A DNA stretch of 64,000 nt from the NCBI GenBank assembly GCA_963675495.1, contig OY776215.1, positions 224,001 to 288,000 on the forward strand. The letters run 5' to 3'. Both the position numbers and the translations under genes were made by a program. Position 1 is the stretch's first letter, and each line of letters opens with the position of its first letter. This DNA is from an uncultured Methanolobus sp. GTDB lineage: Archaea; Halobacteriota; Methanosarcinia; Methanosarcinales; Methanosarcinaceae. Positions 50,421-60,918 of this stretch are shown here, in pieces. Below the pieces are notes generated by a model, which searched no databases, was not told the DNA's origin, and saw nothing but the letters and a program-made list of their open reading frames with translations.

Positions 50421-50888
50421 ATGCCAGACGGAAAAACTCATGAAACGATAAATGCTGCAGTGCTGTTAGTTGTACTATCCGGTCTATCTTATATAATGTG
50501 GAAAGAAACGAATATAGCGGTTAAATATCTGGATACTTACGTGATATTGACTTTTTCTGTGTCCTATCTGTTTGCAACCTTCTTCCTCAGTCCGGACCTT
50601 GATATCAATAGCACACCATACAAAAGATGGGGTATTCTCAGAATAATCTGGTGGCCTTATAAGGTTGTATTCAAGCACAGAGGATTTTCACATCATCCAC
50701 TAATTGGACCTCTGTCTATTATACTCAACCTTGCAGTAATAGTTGCAGCTTTACTCCTGCTTGGTGGTGTTGAGCTACAGAGCATACCTTCCAGCTTCCT
50801 CATAGCCACTATAGCAGGAATGATCCTGTCAATGGAAATTCATATAATATCAGATAGCATTGTCTCAAAGATAAAAAGTGTGTTTTAA
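50421..50888 (+). CDS. DUF2227 metal-binding membrane protein
   Basis: MPDGKTHE, FLSPDLD, WWPY..FKHRGFSH, HIISD. Confidence 0.85.
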   Translation: MPDGKTHETINAAVLLVVLSGLSYIMWKETNIAVKYLDTYVILTFSVSYLFATFFLSPDLDINSTPYKRWGILRIIWWPYKVVFKHRGFSHHPLIGPLSIILNLAVIVAALLLLGGVELQSIPSSFLIATIAGMILSMEIHIISDSIVSKIKSVF

Positions 50889-50911
50889 AAATAAATTAAG
50901 AGCAAGACGGT

Positions 50912-51580
50912 TCAGTTGATTCTGTCTTTGAATCCAGTATTCAGATGAGTGCCGTCACAGAACGGCTTGTTTTTGGATCCACCACATCTGCAGAGAGAAT
51001 AGTGGTCCTGAGTTTCAGGTTTTGAGCCATCCGGGTCTTCCAATACGATTCCACCAATGACATTATAGGGACCATTCTTGACAAGAAAAACCTCCGGTTC
51101 ATGTGGATATTCTTTATGCGTCTCTCCGTTGATGGTATAGCTCAATGAGCCTGAAGGACAGGTTCTGATTACTTTTACTATTTCTTCCGGTTTTGCACCA
51201 TCCGGATCGACCCAGGGTTTTTTACCTTTTCTGAATACAGCGGGCAAATTAAGTATGCAATGGCCTATATGGGAACATATCCCCTTATTATGATGAATAG
51301 TTATTTGCTTTCCTACATAAGTGTCTACTCTGTCAGCAACACGATCTTCTTTTTTTTCTCCGGAAAAACCATTTTTCAGATGTACACCATCACAGAATGG
51401 TTTATTTACTGACTCTCCGCATCTGCATAGTGGCATGATAGGACTTGTTTCAATGAAAACACCTTTTGAATTCCTGAATGTTTCTAGGTCTTTTACAATA
51501 AATGGTCCATTTTTTGAGACCTTTATCACAGGTTTATTGCCTTTATCCATTATGTTCTCCCTGAAGAACTTTGTTTGCAT
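50912..51580 (-). CDS. CDGSH iron-sulfur protein with central ferredoxin-like (Fer4_19) domain
   Basis: LCRCGESVNKPFCDGVH, CSHIGHC...CPSGSL, LCRCGGSKNKPFCDGTH. Confidence 0.9.
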   Translation of the reverse strand: MQTKFFRENIMDKGNKPVIKVSKNGPFIVKDLETFRNSKGVFIETSPIMPLCRCGESVNKPFCDGVHLKNGFSGEKKEDRVADRVDTYVGKQITIHHNKGICSHIGHCILNLPAVFRKGKKPWVDPDGAKPEEIVKVIRTCPSGSLSYTINGETHKEYPHEPEVFLVKNGPYNVIGGIVLEDPDGSKPETQDHYSLCRCGGSKNKPFCDGTHLNTGFKDRIN

Positions 51581-51682
51581 TGAATTTGTAGTTTTTGTAA
51601 ATCGATTTTAATGAGCTAATTCAACATTAATTCTACAAATCTATAGTTGAATTAATCGTGAGAAAGAGTTGTATTCTTACTT

Positions 51683-53845
51683 TTACCCTGTAACACTCTT
51701 CCTTTTTATTGTAACTATACCCAGATAACCATCAACAGTAACTTCATCACCATTTTTGATTATTTCTGTTGCATCAGGTATCCCTGTGACACAGGGAATA
51801 CCATATTCTCTTGCAATGATAGCGCCATGTATCAGCATACCACCCCTGCGTTCCACAATACCGCTTACAAGAGGTACCACAAATGTCATATTAGGGTCAA
51901 TGGCATCGCACACAAGAATCTCACCGAATTTGATGTCGAAAAGCTCCTCGTTCTTCGTGATCACCCTTGCGATGCTGGTCACAAGTCCTTCACCGGCAGG
52001 TTGTCCTTGAATCTGTCTTTGGTGCTCTTTTTTTATGAAAGCCTCTTCTTTTTTTACCTCTTTTTTTTCAGGAACATATTCGTCAACATTAAGTGCTTTT
52101 AATAGTTCTTCCTCCTCAATATCATCATCAATAAAAAAATCTTCGAATCTGTTTGCTATCCTGTTTTTTGCCTCATTCAGTACTGAAATGAACTGCTCCT
52201 CTATTCTTCCAAGATAGATGTTATCATCATCTCGCAGACGATAACTTGTGCGTCCTATATCAAGAAGTTCTTCTGCAAATTCCCTGTCTGTTTCGGAAAA
52301 AGCAGAAATAAAACTTCTTTCCTGGCTAGTGTTATCTCTTTTAACAAGCTTTTCTTTTTCAGGGTTGGAAGCAAGCTCCACAATAAGCCCTAACAGCTCT
52401 TCCTGACTTTTAAAAATACCAGAATGTCCGAAATTCTCAAAGAAATCCTCTATTTCCTTCTTGAAAGCACCTTCAGCTATTATGTTTTTTGTAGTATCCA
52501 TGAGTGAAGCATCGTTTCTCAGCATGTCGGCCATCTTGTTGAGTTTTTCATTTCTTTTGATGCTTAGCAATCCGGAACCAGAGAGCAATTCCATAAATTC
52601 ATATGGATTGGAAGGTTTCATCGTGTCATTGTAGACCTGGCCAAACAGTCTCATTCCATGGGCAAAGGGGATGAATTCATCAATGTACCTTTTATCCCAG
52701 CTATCATACACTTGTTTTCTTCGAGTTATCTCCCTGGCAAGTTCTTTGTCACTCATGATTCCAATTTCAATTGATTTCAGGACTTTTGCATCCCTTATCA
52801 TTTCAGGAATCAGTTCATCCTCTACTCTTTTGCGAAGCTTCTGCAAATTATTTATCGTCCTTCTAAGAGACAGATACCAGAGTTTTTCCCCGTCATCTGT
52901 GGTTGTTATTGGTCTTGACTGGAGGATGTATATCTCTCCATCTCTTTTAGTCCATTCAATATCCTGTGGATTACCGAAACTTCCTTCCAGGACCAAAGCT
53001 ATATCGTGTAGTTTGTGAACATCACTTTCCTCCAGAGGAGAAGCTTTTGATATTTCAGCAGATGTCTTTTCAAGAACAGTGCCAGTATCCCTCAGAAATA
53101 TCATTTTATCGCGTTCTGATGGACTTATGTGCTGGCTGATGGCAGCGTTCTTTCTGTTAAGTATCCATCTGTCTGGTTCCACATCACCGTCAACAAGTCC
53201 TTTATTCAAACCATGAACGGCTTCAATTATCATCTGTTCGTTATTTTCAGGACTGCTGCTGAAAACAATTCCTGAAACCTCCCCTGCTATAAGTTCCTGA
53301 ACCATAACTGCCATTGTACTGTGTTTTATGTCAAGTCCCAGTTCCTTCCTATAAAGAAAAGCCGCATCTGACCATAGGGAAGCCCACACAAGCCTGACAT
53401 GCTCTAATATAGATTCCAGACCTTTTATATTCACATATGATTCGTGCAAGCCTGCAAAAGACGTATTACTGGAATCTTCGCCTGGTGCCGATGATCTGAC
53501 AACGACCGGAACGTCAGTGAAATGTTCATCAATATTATCCCGTATCCCCCTAGCAAGATTTTCCGGGATTGGTGTGTTAAGGAACATATTTCGGATTCTC
53601 AGGGATGTATCCCACATTTCTTCCCAGCGCATATCTCCAATATCCTTTCTGGAAAGCTCCAGCATTATCCTACCTTTAAGGGCGCTTGAATTCAGGTATT
53701 CCTCATAGGCTTTTGTGGTGATGCAGATGAACGGAGGAACCATTAAACCTTTATCAACGATGGCGTGGAGCGAGAATGCCTTTGAACCTATAAGGTTCAT
53801 GTTTTCTTTTTTTATGCTATCCATGGAAATGACAAGTTCATTCAT
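51683..53845 (-). CDS. PEP-synthase-related phosphotransferase (ATP-grasp, central domain, C-terminal His swivel; rifampin-phosphotransferase-like layout)
   Basis: GSKA, VRSSAPGED..SFAG, PQDIEW, ILQSRPIT, and C-terminal GGMLIHGAIIAREYGIPCVTG. No PEP-binding TIM barrel. Confidence 0.85.
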   Translation of the reverse strand: MNELVISMDSIKKENMNLIGSKAFSLHAIVDKGLMVPPFICITTKAYEEYLNSSALKGRIMLELSRKDIGDMRWEEMWDTSLRIRNMFLNTPIPENLARGIRDNIDEHFTDVPVVVRSSAPGEDSSNTSFAGLHESYVNIKGLESILEHVRLVWASLWSDAAFLYRKELGLDIKHSTMAVMVQELIAGEVSGIVFSSSPENNEQMIIEAVHGLNKGLVDGDVEPDRWILNRKNAAISQHISPSERDKMIFLRDTGTVLEKTSAEISKASPLEESDVHKLHDIALVLEGSFGNPQDIEWTKRDGEIYILQSRPITTTDDGEKLWYLSLRRTINNLQKLRKRVEDELIPEMIRDAKVLKSIEIGIMSDKELAREITRRKQVYDSWDKRYIDEFIPFAHGMRLFGQVYNDTMKPSNPYEFMELLSGSGLLSIKRNEKLNKMADMLRNDASLMDTTKNIIAEGAFKKEIEDFFENFGHSGIFKSQEELLGLIVELASNPEKEKLVKRDNTSQERSFISAFSETDREFAEELLDIGRTSYRLRDDDNIYLGRIEEQFISVLNEAKNRIANRFEDFFIDDDIEEEELLKALNVDEYVPEKKEVKKEEAFIKKEHQRQIQGQPAGEGLVTSIARVITKNEELFDIKFGEILVCDAIDPNMTFVVPLVSGIVERRGGMLIHGAIIAREYGIPCVTGIPDATEIIKNGDEVTVDGYLGIVTIKRKSVTG

Positions 53846-54294
53846 GTCATATCTATCTCCACGACATTCTGGAATCTGCTTGCAACGATGTATCTGTTCA
53901 CTTCTAATCTCATGAGGGCAGAAGAAGGCGATTGCAGGAAATCCTTGAGATATGGATGTTTTTCGAGATATAGGTCATTTAGGATGTTTGTCTTTTCAAC
54001 TTCCATTACTGTGCCGGTTGCATTTACAGCTATGGCATCCTTGAAGTCACTTTCCTTGTTGGACCTGTTGTCTATCATTACAGACGCTTTTTTAGAAGTA
54101 CTGAGATAGGAGTATTTCCTTGTGGCCACAGGAGTTACAAAATATATATGTTTAAGGTCATCAGTGGCTACAAAGGCTATCAAGTTGGTATATGGCTCAT
54201 CTTCATGGAAGCTTGCAAGGACTGCAAGTTTTTGCTCTTTCATGAGAGAATTTATTTTTTTTTTCAAACCGCTTTCAGACATTTCAGTAACCAT
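53842..54294 (-). CDS. Pyridoxamine 5'-phosphate oxidase-like split-barrel protein
   Basis: AVLAS..EPYTNLIAF, TPVATRKY, IDNRSN, YLEKHPYL. Overlaps the next gene by 4 nt. Confidence 0.85.
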   Translation of the reverse strand: MVTEMSESGLKKKINSLMKEQKLAVLASFHEDEPYTNLIAFVATDDLKHIYFVTPVATRKYSYLSTSKKASVMIDNRSNKESDFKDAIAVNATGTVMEVEKTNILNDLYLEKHPYLKDFLQSPSSALMRLEVNRYIVASRFQNVVEIDMT

Positions 54295-54407
54295 CCACTA
54301 CAATCCACATTTTTAGATTGGTTCCTGTGTATTTATGTTTTGTCGGACATACTTCATAAATTACTTATATTAAAACAACATATTTTACATATGTTGAAGA
54401 GGGTATA

Positions 54408-55103
54408 ATGAAATTAAAAATTGCTATTTTGATATCCATTTCAGTCCTGCTTACTGCTATAGTTCCCGCAAATGCAGATATTATGCCATCAGGTATGAAG
54501 GGTATTAATAGATGCGTAAAGATAACAAATTTAGATGATTTCCCAGATACTGTATTTATAGGATACATAAGAGGACCATTAATCCAATGTGAAAACCCAT
54601 ATATCGTTACTTCTGATAAATGCTTAACACAATATTATAAAGCAAATAACCTGACAATATATGCGATGGAAAAGGATTATCTTGATTCTAAAGAACTCAA
54701 AAACATAGATTTTGAATCCGATACTAATATTCTGGGTTATCAGCTTGATTTGAATCCTGATTGGGACATTATAGATATAGAAAACCCGTTAAATGAGGAA
54801 GAGATATACTATTCAATTGCAGGTTTCACAGATGATGAATTGGTGCTTTATGAATCAAAAAAAGTATCAAAATATGTAGGAAATGTACCCGATAAAATAA
54901 AAACATTCGAAGATCCTGAAATAGCTGGCCTAAGATCAAGGAGATATAATGATTCAGCATATACAAAAGAAAACCTTTCAAATGATCATGTCCAGAAAGA
55001 GACTATAAATGAATCAATTTCTGATGATCAAATGTTATCTGAAAGATCTGTTCTGGATACAATAATCTCTTTCTTCAAAAATCTATTTGGGGTTCTAGAT
55101 TGA
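54408..55103 (+). CDS. Hypothetical exported protein
   Basis: Signal peptide (PANA/DI) and an amphipathic C-terminus. Confidence 0.65.
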   Translation: MKLKIAILISISVLLTAIVPANADIMPSGMKGINRCVKITNLDDFPDTVFIGYIRGPLIQCENPYIVTSDKCLTQYYKANNLTIYAMEKDYLDSKELKNIDFESDTNILGYQLDLNPDWDIIDIENPLNEEEIYYSIAGFTDDELVLYESKKVSKYVGNVPDKIKTFEDPEIAGLRSRRYNDSAYTKENLSNDHVQKETINESISDDQMLSERSVLDTIISFFKNLFGVLD

Positions 55104-55465
55104 TGACATATGAGTACTGGTTTTTATTGTCTTTGATATTAACAATAATTATAGAAACTATAACTCTATTTGTTATTTTCAGATTTTTTTTGAAAACAAA
55201 TAAAAATGAAGTTAGTAATAGTCTATTACTATTTGCAGGAATTTTTTCTTCATTTTCAACACTCCCTTACCTCTGGTTTATATTGCCACAGATAATAAGA
55301 TCATATAATCTTCTTACAGTAAGTGGGGAGATTTCAGTAGTCTTGATAGAAGCAATTGTCTATTTCTTTGTATTGAAAACTAATATGAAAAAATCGCTGA
55401 TTATTTCTTTGATCTGTAACCTAATTTCTTTCTTAGCGGGATTGTTAATTAGTCCTACCTTTTGA
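55100..55465 (+). CDS. Hypothetical membrane protein
   Basis: Four TM segments with LTIIIE, TLPYLW, E..V.LIEA and N..SF. Overlaps the upstream gene. Confidence 0.7.
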   Translation: MMTYEYWFLLSLILTIIIETITLFVIFRFFLKTNKNEVSNSLLLFAGIFSSFSTLPYLWFILPQIIRSYNLLTVSGEISVVLIEAIVYFFVLKTNMKKSLIISLICNLISFLAGLLISPTF

Positions 55466-55542
55466 TTGATCTGAATTTTTTGGCAAATCAATGGCATCTG
55501 TAGCACTGCCAAAAACAACTATTTTACATTTAGAAAAAGTAT

Positions 55543-56118
55543 TTGGAAGGTCAAAATATGCGAAGAAATCATATAAAACAGCAACAATTTCTTAGAATCA
55601 TGGAATATCAGAATGAAGAATTTGAAGCTGAAAGCTTTGAGAACATAGATCTCACAGGTATATCTTTCAAAAATTCCAGGTTTATTGAATGCAGCTTTGA
55701 AAACTGCAACTTATCGAATGTTGATCTAAATAACACAAGATTTCAGGATGTCAGGTTCAAGAACTGCAAGATAATGGGATTGAATTTTTCAAACTGTAAT
55801 GACTTCATACTTACCATTGGATTTGAAAAGTCATTTCTGTCTTTATCAGTATTTTCTGATATGAATCTAGAAAACACGGATTTTATCAACTGTCAGATAT
55901 ATGACTGTGATTTTGTAAATACAAACCTGAAAAATGCGGATTTTCAGGAATCTGATCTTAAGAACAGCCTTTTTAAAAATACAAACCTGAGTTTCACATC
56001 ATTCAAGAATGCAAAAAACTATGACATCGATCCTAATAACAATTTCCTGAAAAAGACAAAATTCTCAATTCCTGAAGTGATCTCGCTTTTGAATGTTTAT
56101 GACATTGAAATTGAGTGA
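55543..56118 (+). CDS. Pentapeptide repeat protein
   Basis: Regular (S/C/A)xFxx repeats (SRFIE CSFEN CNLSN VDLNN TRFQD). The true start may be slightly downstream. Confidence 0.9.
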   Translation: MEGQNMRRNHIKQQQFLRIMEYQNEEFEAESFENIDLTGISFKNSRFIECSFENCNLSNVDLNNTRFQDVRFKNCKIMGLNFSNCNDFILTIGFEKSFLSLSVFSDMNLENTDFINCQIYDCDFVNTNLKNADFQESDLKNSLFKNTNLSFTSFKNAKNYDIDPNNNFLKKTKFSIPEVISLLNVYDIEIE

Positions 56119-56180
56119 ACAGATATTAAGGCAAAATCAAACAGAAAGATTATTATGTTAATTTCAGCATATCTTTTATT

Positions 56181-57029
56181 GTGGATAACTTAAATTTAGA
56201 GATAATTGAGCCAAGAATGCTGGTATTGACAGGTGAAAAGTCCTTTGAAGAGATGAAAGAGCTTGCTTGGAATAAGAAGATTGCAGCATTTGGTGGAATA
56301 AAGAACTTATTATCCAGACCAAAAGCCGAGGATATTAATATAATCCACGCGGAAAAACAGTACAAACCTTTCTGGCATGCTGTATGCTCAAGCAACTTTG
56401 AGTATAAACGAAACACTGAGTTTTCTATAAAAATTAGTGATCCTGTTGTGCAAAAAGTAATTATCTGCAATGAGGAAAAAGATGTAGATAAAGAGCGGAA
56501 TGTAAAACTTCACGGTATCGAACACTGCCTGGAATCAAACACTAAAGAAATATTCGTGGATGCTTATACAGAAAATGAAGAAGATCTCTCCAGATATCTT
56601 TCCATGGAAACACGTGAAATATCTCAAACCGAAGAACTGAATACCGGTGATAATATTGTAATTCCGGTAAAAGTGAAAGCTTCCTACCTTGTCAGGAAAC
56701 TGTTAAGCGATATGATGAAGCCAATTGATGCGGATGAAATTCTGGATGAGACTATGAAAATCGAAAGCCTGGATCTGTATTTCAGACCGATTTATGCTTT
56801 TGAATTTTCATGGCTACCAAAAAATAAGCAAAACGTCCTGGAATTTGATGGTATTACCGGCGAGTTCTATTCCGGCAAGGTCCTCAGGGAAAAGATGGCA
56901 GAGATATTCACCGAAGAAACATTATTTGAGATAGGTGGGGAAGTTGCAGGAGTTGTTATTCCAGGTGCTAATATACCCGTCAAGATATTACAGGAATCTA
57001 GAAGGCGAAAGGGTAATAGTAATTCATAA
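56181..57029 (+). CDS. Hypothetical protein
   Basis: 282-aa ORF with YKPFW and YFRPIYAFEF motifs; no function assigned. Confidence 0.7.
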   Translation: MDNLNLEIIEPRMLVLTGEKSFEEMKELAWNKKIAAFGGIKNLLSRPKAEDINIIHAEKQYKPFWHAVCSSNFEYKRNTEFSIKISDPVVQKVIICNEEKDVDKERNVKLHGIEHCLESNTKEIFVDAYTENEEDLSRYLSMETREISQTEELNTGDNIVIPVKVKASYLVRKLLSDMMKPIDADEILDETMKIESLDLYFRPIYAFEFSWLPKNKQNVLEFDGITGEFYSGKVLREKMAEIFTEETLFEIGGEVAGVVIPGANIPVKILQESRRRKGNSNS

Positions 57030-57175
57030 TCGATTTCTTATCTGAAATGACTTGTTTTCAAGGACTATTTTTAATGAACTACCCGAATAGCATTTGCTAA
57101 GAATAACTCTGGTTTTGCCTATAACAGGCACATCATAGAAATAAGATAATATTCTATATTTAATGGGGGGTTTAA

Positions 57176-57988
57176 ATGAAATATTCACTTATTTGCCTGT
57201 TACTGATCATTTTTGTCGGTTTATCCGGCTGCATCAATGATACGAACGAAATTGATGATAATGAAATGGGAAGCAATGAAGATATACTAATATCAACCGA
57301 GGCAACCGAATTAGAGGTAAAAGGAGTAGAAGTAGAAATTATTAGTAGTAATTTCACATATCCTGCTTACATAGCTGCCCCTGCAAGTGAAGACAAAAAG
57401 CCAGCAATCGTCCTGATACATTCATTCAGGGGTATGGAACCCGGATATATAGAACTTATTGACAGGCTGGCTTCTGAAGGATATGTGGTAGTGGCACCTG
57501 AATGGCAGACTTTTGAAACATCCCCACATGATGCAGTTGTAGAGCAATTAATAAGAGATTCCATTGATTATTTAGGTGAAAGACCCGATGTTGACACAAA
57601 CCTTCTTGGTCTGACAGGTTTTTGCGCAGGCGGACGCTACACTATGCTCTTACTTCCTGATATCAAAGACTTCAAGTCTGGAGTGGCATGGTACGGTTTT
57701 CCATATTCAGGAGATTCTGAAACCCGACCTGATAGACCTGTTGACGTTATAGAACAACTGGAAGTTCCCATGTTAATAATACACGGGACAAATGACCAGG
57801 CTATCAATGTATCTGACATCTACAAATATAGTACAGAATTGGATAATGCCGGAAAATACTTTGAATTAAAAGTATATCAGGGGCAGCCACATGGATTTAT
57901 GCTGGAAGAGGGTCAGTTGTCACAAAGTTTCGAAGCCGAGGATGCATACTGGCAGATGCTTACGTTCTTTGATAGAACACTAAAATAA
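57176..57988 (+). CDS. Dienelactone hydrolase family lipoprotein
   Basis: Lipobox LSGC, GFCAGG nucleophile, HGTND, YQGQPHGF. Confidence 0.9.
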   Translation: MKYSLICLLLIIFVGLSGCINDTNEIDDNEMGSNEDILISTEATELEVKGVEVEIISSNFTYPAYIAAPASEDKKPAIVLIHSFRGMEPGYIELIDRLASEGYVVVAPEWQTFETSPHDAVVEQLIRDSIDYLGERPDVDTNLLGLTGFCAGGRYTMLLLPDIKDFKSGVAWYGFPYSGDSETRPDRPVDVIEQLEVPMLIIHGTNDQAINVSDIYKYSTELDNAGKYFELKVYQGQPHGFMLEEGQLSQSFEAEDAYWQMLTFFDRTLK

Positions 57989-57998
57989 GGAGTACAAT

Positions 57999-60740
57999 AT
58001 GAGAGATATAAGAACAATTTTCTTTTTTTTAATTCTTGCATTTTTTTTAGGTATCAGTCCCCTTGTGGGATTTTATACTGATTATCTATGGTTTGATATG
58101 GTTGGATATACATCCGTATTCACAACAATATTACAATGGAAACTGATTACGATCATACCTGGATTCATACTTGCTTTTGCCTTTCTTTTTGTGAATGCGA
58201 AATTTGCAGGGAATTCAATAAGTAGGATTCTTGCCGAGAGAAACATAGTCTATGACAAGATAGATTCTCAGGTTATTTTAATAGTAATCACAGTATTTTC
58301 ATTTTTTTTCGGGCTTGCATTCAGCAGCAACTGGAAAGCAATCCTTTTCTATCTGAATAGCACATCGTTTGGAATTACCGATCCTATTCTTATGAACGAC
58401 GTAGGATTCTATGTATTCCAGCTCCCGTTCATTCATATGATAAGGGGAATATTCCTGACACTGACCGTTATTTCGCTCATAATGGTCCTGATTCTCTATA
58501 TAATCAGACTTGAATCTGTATTCAAGTCCGATACAATTGAAACAGATGATTCTGAATCCTCTTATTTCCTATATCCAACGAATAGTGTAAAAGATATGCT
58601 GGATGAACTGCCTGTTAAGGTCCTTATTCATATATCCGCACTTCTTGCATTCTTCTTTGTATTAATTGCATTTGGATTTTACCTTAACAGATATGAGATA
58701 TTATTCTCACAGCAAGGAGTAGTATCAGGTGCAGGTTATACTGATGTTCACATAAGGCTTCCAATATTCAATATACTGACAATATTATCATTCCTGACTG
58801 CCATCGCTTTACTGGCAAATGTAAAACTGAAGAATATAAAGATACCAATTGTCAGCTTGGTTCTGTTAATATTGTTTATCATGGGCAGTTCTTTTGTACC
58901 TGATGTTTATCAGCAGTTCAAAGTGGAACCCACTGAGATCCAGCTGGAAAAACCGTATCTGGAATATAATATAGATTATACGAGAATGGCCTTTTACCTA
59001 TCGGATATTGAAGAAAGACCTTTTGAGGCTAATACCGATCTGACCCTGTCGGAACTGGAAAATAATACCCATATAACTGAAAATATAAGAATATGGGATC
59101 GGCGGGCTCTTGAACAAACCTACAAGCAACTGCAGCAAATAAGAACATATTATACGTTCAATGATGTTGACACCGACCGGTACCACATGGACGATGGATA
59201 TAAACAGTATATGATATCAGCCAGGGAACTGGATACCATGCAACTGGCACCTGAAGCTAAGACATGGGTAAATGAACGTCTGGTCTATACTCATGGTTTT
59301 GGAATCGTGATGAATCCGGTAAGTACCAAGACAAGTGATGGCAGACCTGAATTTGTTTTGCAGGATATTCCACCTACTGGTGAATTCAATGTTGAAAATC
59401 CACGGATCTACTATGGAGAGGTCACAACAGATTATAAGATAGCAGATACAGGAAAAGAAGAATTTGACTACCCAAAGGGAGGACAGAATGTATTCACACA
59501 ATATGAAGGTAAAAGTGGGATAGTGCTTGATTCATTCGTTAAACGGCTGATATTTGCATTCACTTTTGGTGAATCAAAATTCATCCTGAGTGAATATGTA
59601 GATGATAATTCACGTTTGATGTATCATCAACAGATAGAAGAAAGAGCAAAAATGATAGCTCCGTTCCTCGAATATGACAGTGATCCGTATCCTGTTATCT
59701 CTGATGGAAAGATATACTGGATAATAGATGCCTATACCACGGCTGACAGATATCCGTATTCTGAAAGTTACTACGGGACAAAATTCTATGATATCAACTA
59801 TATCCGAAATTCTGTGAAGGTGGTTGTGGATGCCTATGATGGAACCGTTGATTTCTATGTCATGGAAGATGAACCCGTGATAAATACCTATTCAAAGATA
59901 TTCCCTGATCTGTTCAAACCTTTCAGCGAGATGCCTGACGGTCTGCACGAACATATCCGTTATCCAAAGGATTTCTTTAAGGTTCAGATGGATCTGTACG
60001 AGAATTACCATATGAAAGATGCCGAAACTTTTTATAATAAAGAAGATGCGTGGGAAATTCCAAATGAGGTCTACCGGGGAAGCAGTATTGAAATGGAACC
60101 CTATTACATGATCACGAAACTCCCCAACGGAGAGGGACTGGAATATGTATTATTGCAACCCTTTACACCTCGAAACAGGGAGAATATGATCGCCTGGATC
60201 GCAGCCAGATGCGATGAGCCGCATTACGGAGAGATCAAACATTATGAGCTGCCAAAGGGAGAACTTATCTACGGACCTACCCAGATAGAATCCAGGATCG
60301 ACCAGGATCCGGATATTTCTGAGCAACTGACACTTTGGGGTCAGACAGGCTCCCGGGTGATAAGAGGTAATTTGCTGGTGGTACCAATCGGTAATTCTAT
60401 ATTGTACACCGAGCCCATATTCATAAGTGCTGAAGAGTCTGAGATTCCGGAATTACGGAGAGTTGTGGTCTCATCAGGACAGAAAGTTGTCATGGGTGAA
60501 GATCTGCATGAATCACTACAACTGCTTGTCGAAGGCAGAATTGACGTACAGGATGAGACTGACCAGCCTGATATACCTGCAACAGCAAGAGAACTTGCAC
60601 AAGAAGCATTGAATCATTACGACAAAGCACAGGAGTATCTTGCAGAAGGTAACTGGGCAGGGTATGGAGAAGAGATCGATCAGCTGGAAGAGATACTTGA
60701 GCAACTTTCCATAACTCTGGATGAGGTTAATTCGCAATGA
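57999..60740 (+). CDS. UPF0182 family membrane protein
   Basis: YTDYLWF, DP....DVGFYVFQLP, GAGYTDV, NIRIWD, DTDRY, YTHGFG, NYIRNSVK, RGNLLVVP. Confidence 0.92.
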   Translation: MRDIRTIFFFLILAFFLGISPLVGFYTDYLWFDMVGYTSVFTTILQWKLITIIPGFILAFAFLFVNAKFAGNSISRILAERNIVYDKIDSQVILIVITVFSFFFGLAFSSNWKAILFYLNSTSFGITDPILMNDVGFYVFQLPFIHMIRGIFLTLTVISLIMVLILYIIRLESVFKSDTIETDDSESSYFLYPTNSVKDMLDELPVKVLIHISALLAFFFVLIAFGFYLNRYEILFSQQGVVSGAGYTDVHIRLPIFNILTILSFLTAIALLANVKLKNIKIPIVSLVLLILFIMGSSFVPDVYQQFKVEPTEIQLEKPYLEYNIDYTRMAFYLSDIEERPFEANTDLTLSELENNTHITENIRIWDRRALEQTYKQLQQIRTYYTFNDVDTDRYHMDDGYKQYMISARELDTMQLAPEAKTWVNERLVYTHGFGIVMNPVSTKTSDGRPEFVLQDIPPTGEFNVENPRIYYGEVTTDYKIADTGKEEFDYPKGGQNVFTQYEGKSGIVLDSFVKRLIFAFTFGESKFILSEYVDDNSRLMYHQQIEERAKMIAPFLEYDSDPYPVISDGKIYWIIDAYTTADRYPYSESYYGTKFYDINYIRNSVKVVVDAYDGTVDFYVMEDEPVINTYSKIFPDLFKPFSEMPDGLHEHIRYPKDFFKVQMDLYENYHMKDAETFYNKEDAWEIPNEVYRGSSIEMEPYYMITKLPNGEGLEYVLLQPFTPRNRENMIAWIAARCDEPHYGEIKHYELPKGELIYGPTQIESRIDQDPDISEQLTLWGQTGSRVIRGNLLVVPIGNSILYTEPIFISAEESEIPELRRVVVSSGQKVVMGEDLHESLQLLVEGRIDVQDETDQPDIPATARELAQEALNHYDKAQEYLAEGNWAGYGEEIDQLEEILEQLSITLDEVNSQ

Positions 60741-60791
60741 ATTAACTTACTTAGAAGTGATAGAAAAGACCAGCTAAGAATTCCTGGTTCT

Positions 60792-60822
60792 TGTGGGGAG
60801 ATTATTTTATTATCTCCTCACA
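60792..60822. terminator. Stem-loop after the UPF0182 gene
   Basis: tgtggggagat...atctcctcaca. Confidence 0.4.
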
Positions 60823-60918
60823 AAAATCATCCCTCTATATATTGCGCTTGTGTTTTCGTGGATCATAAAAAATGAAATCGTTCCAGTAACTGACTTAACA
60901 CATCATTCTTGATATAAT

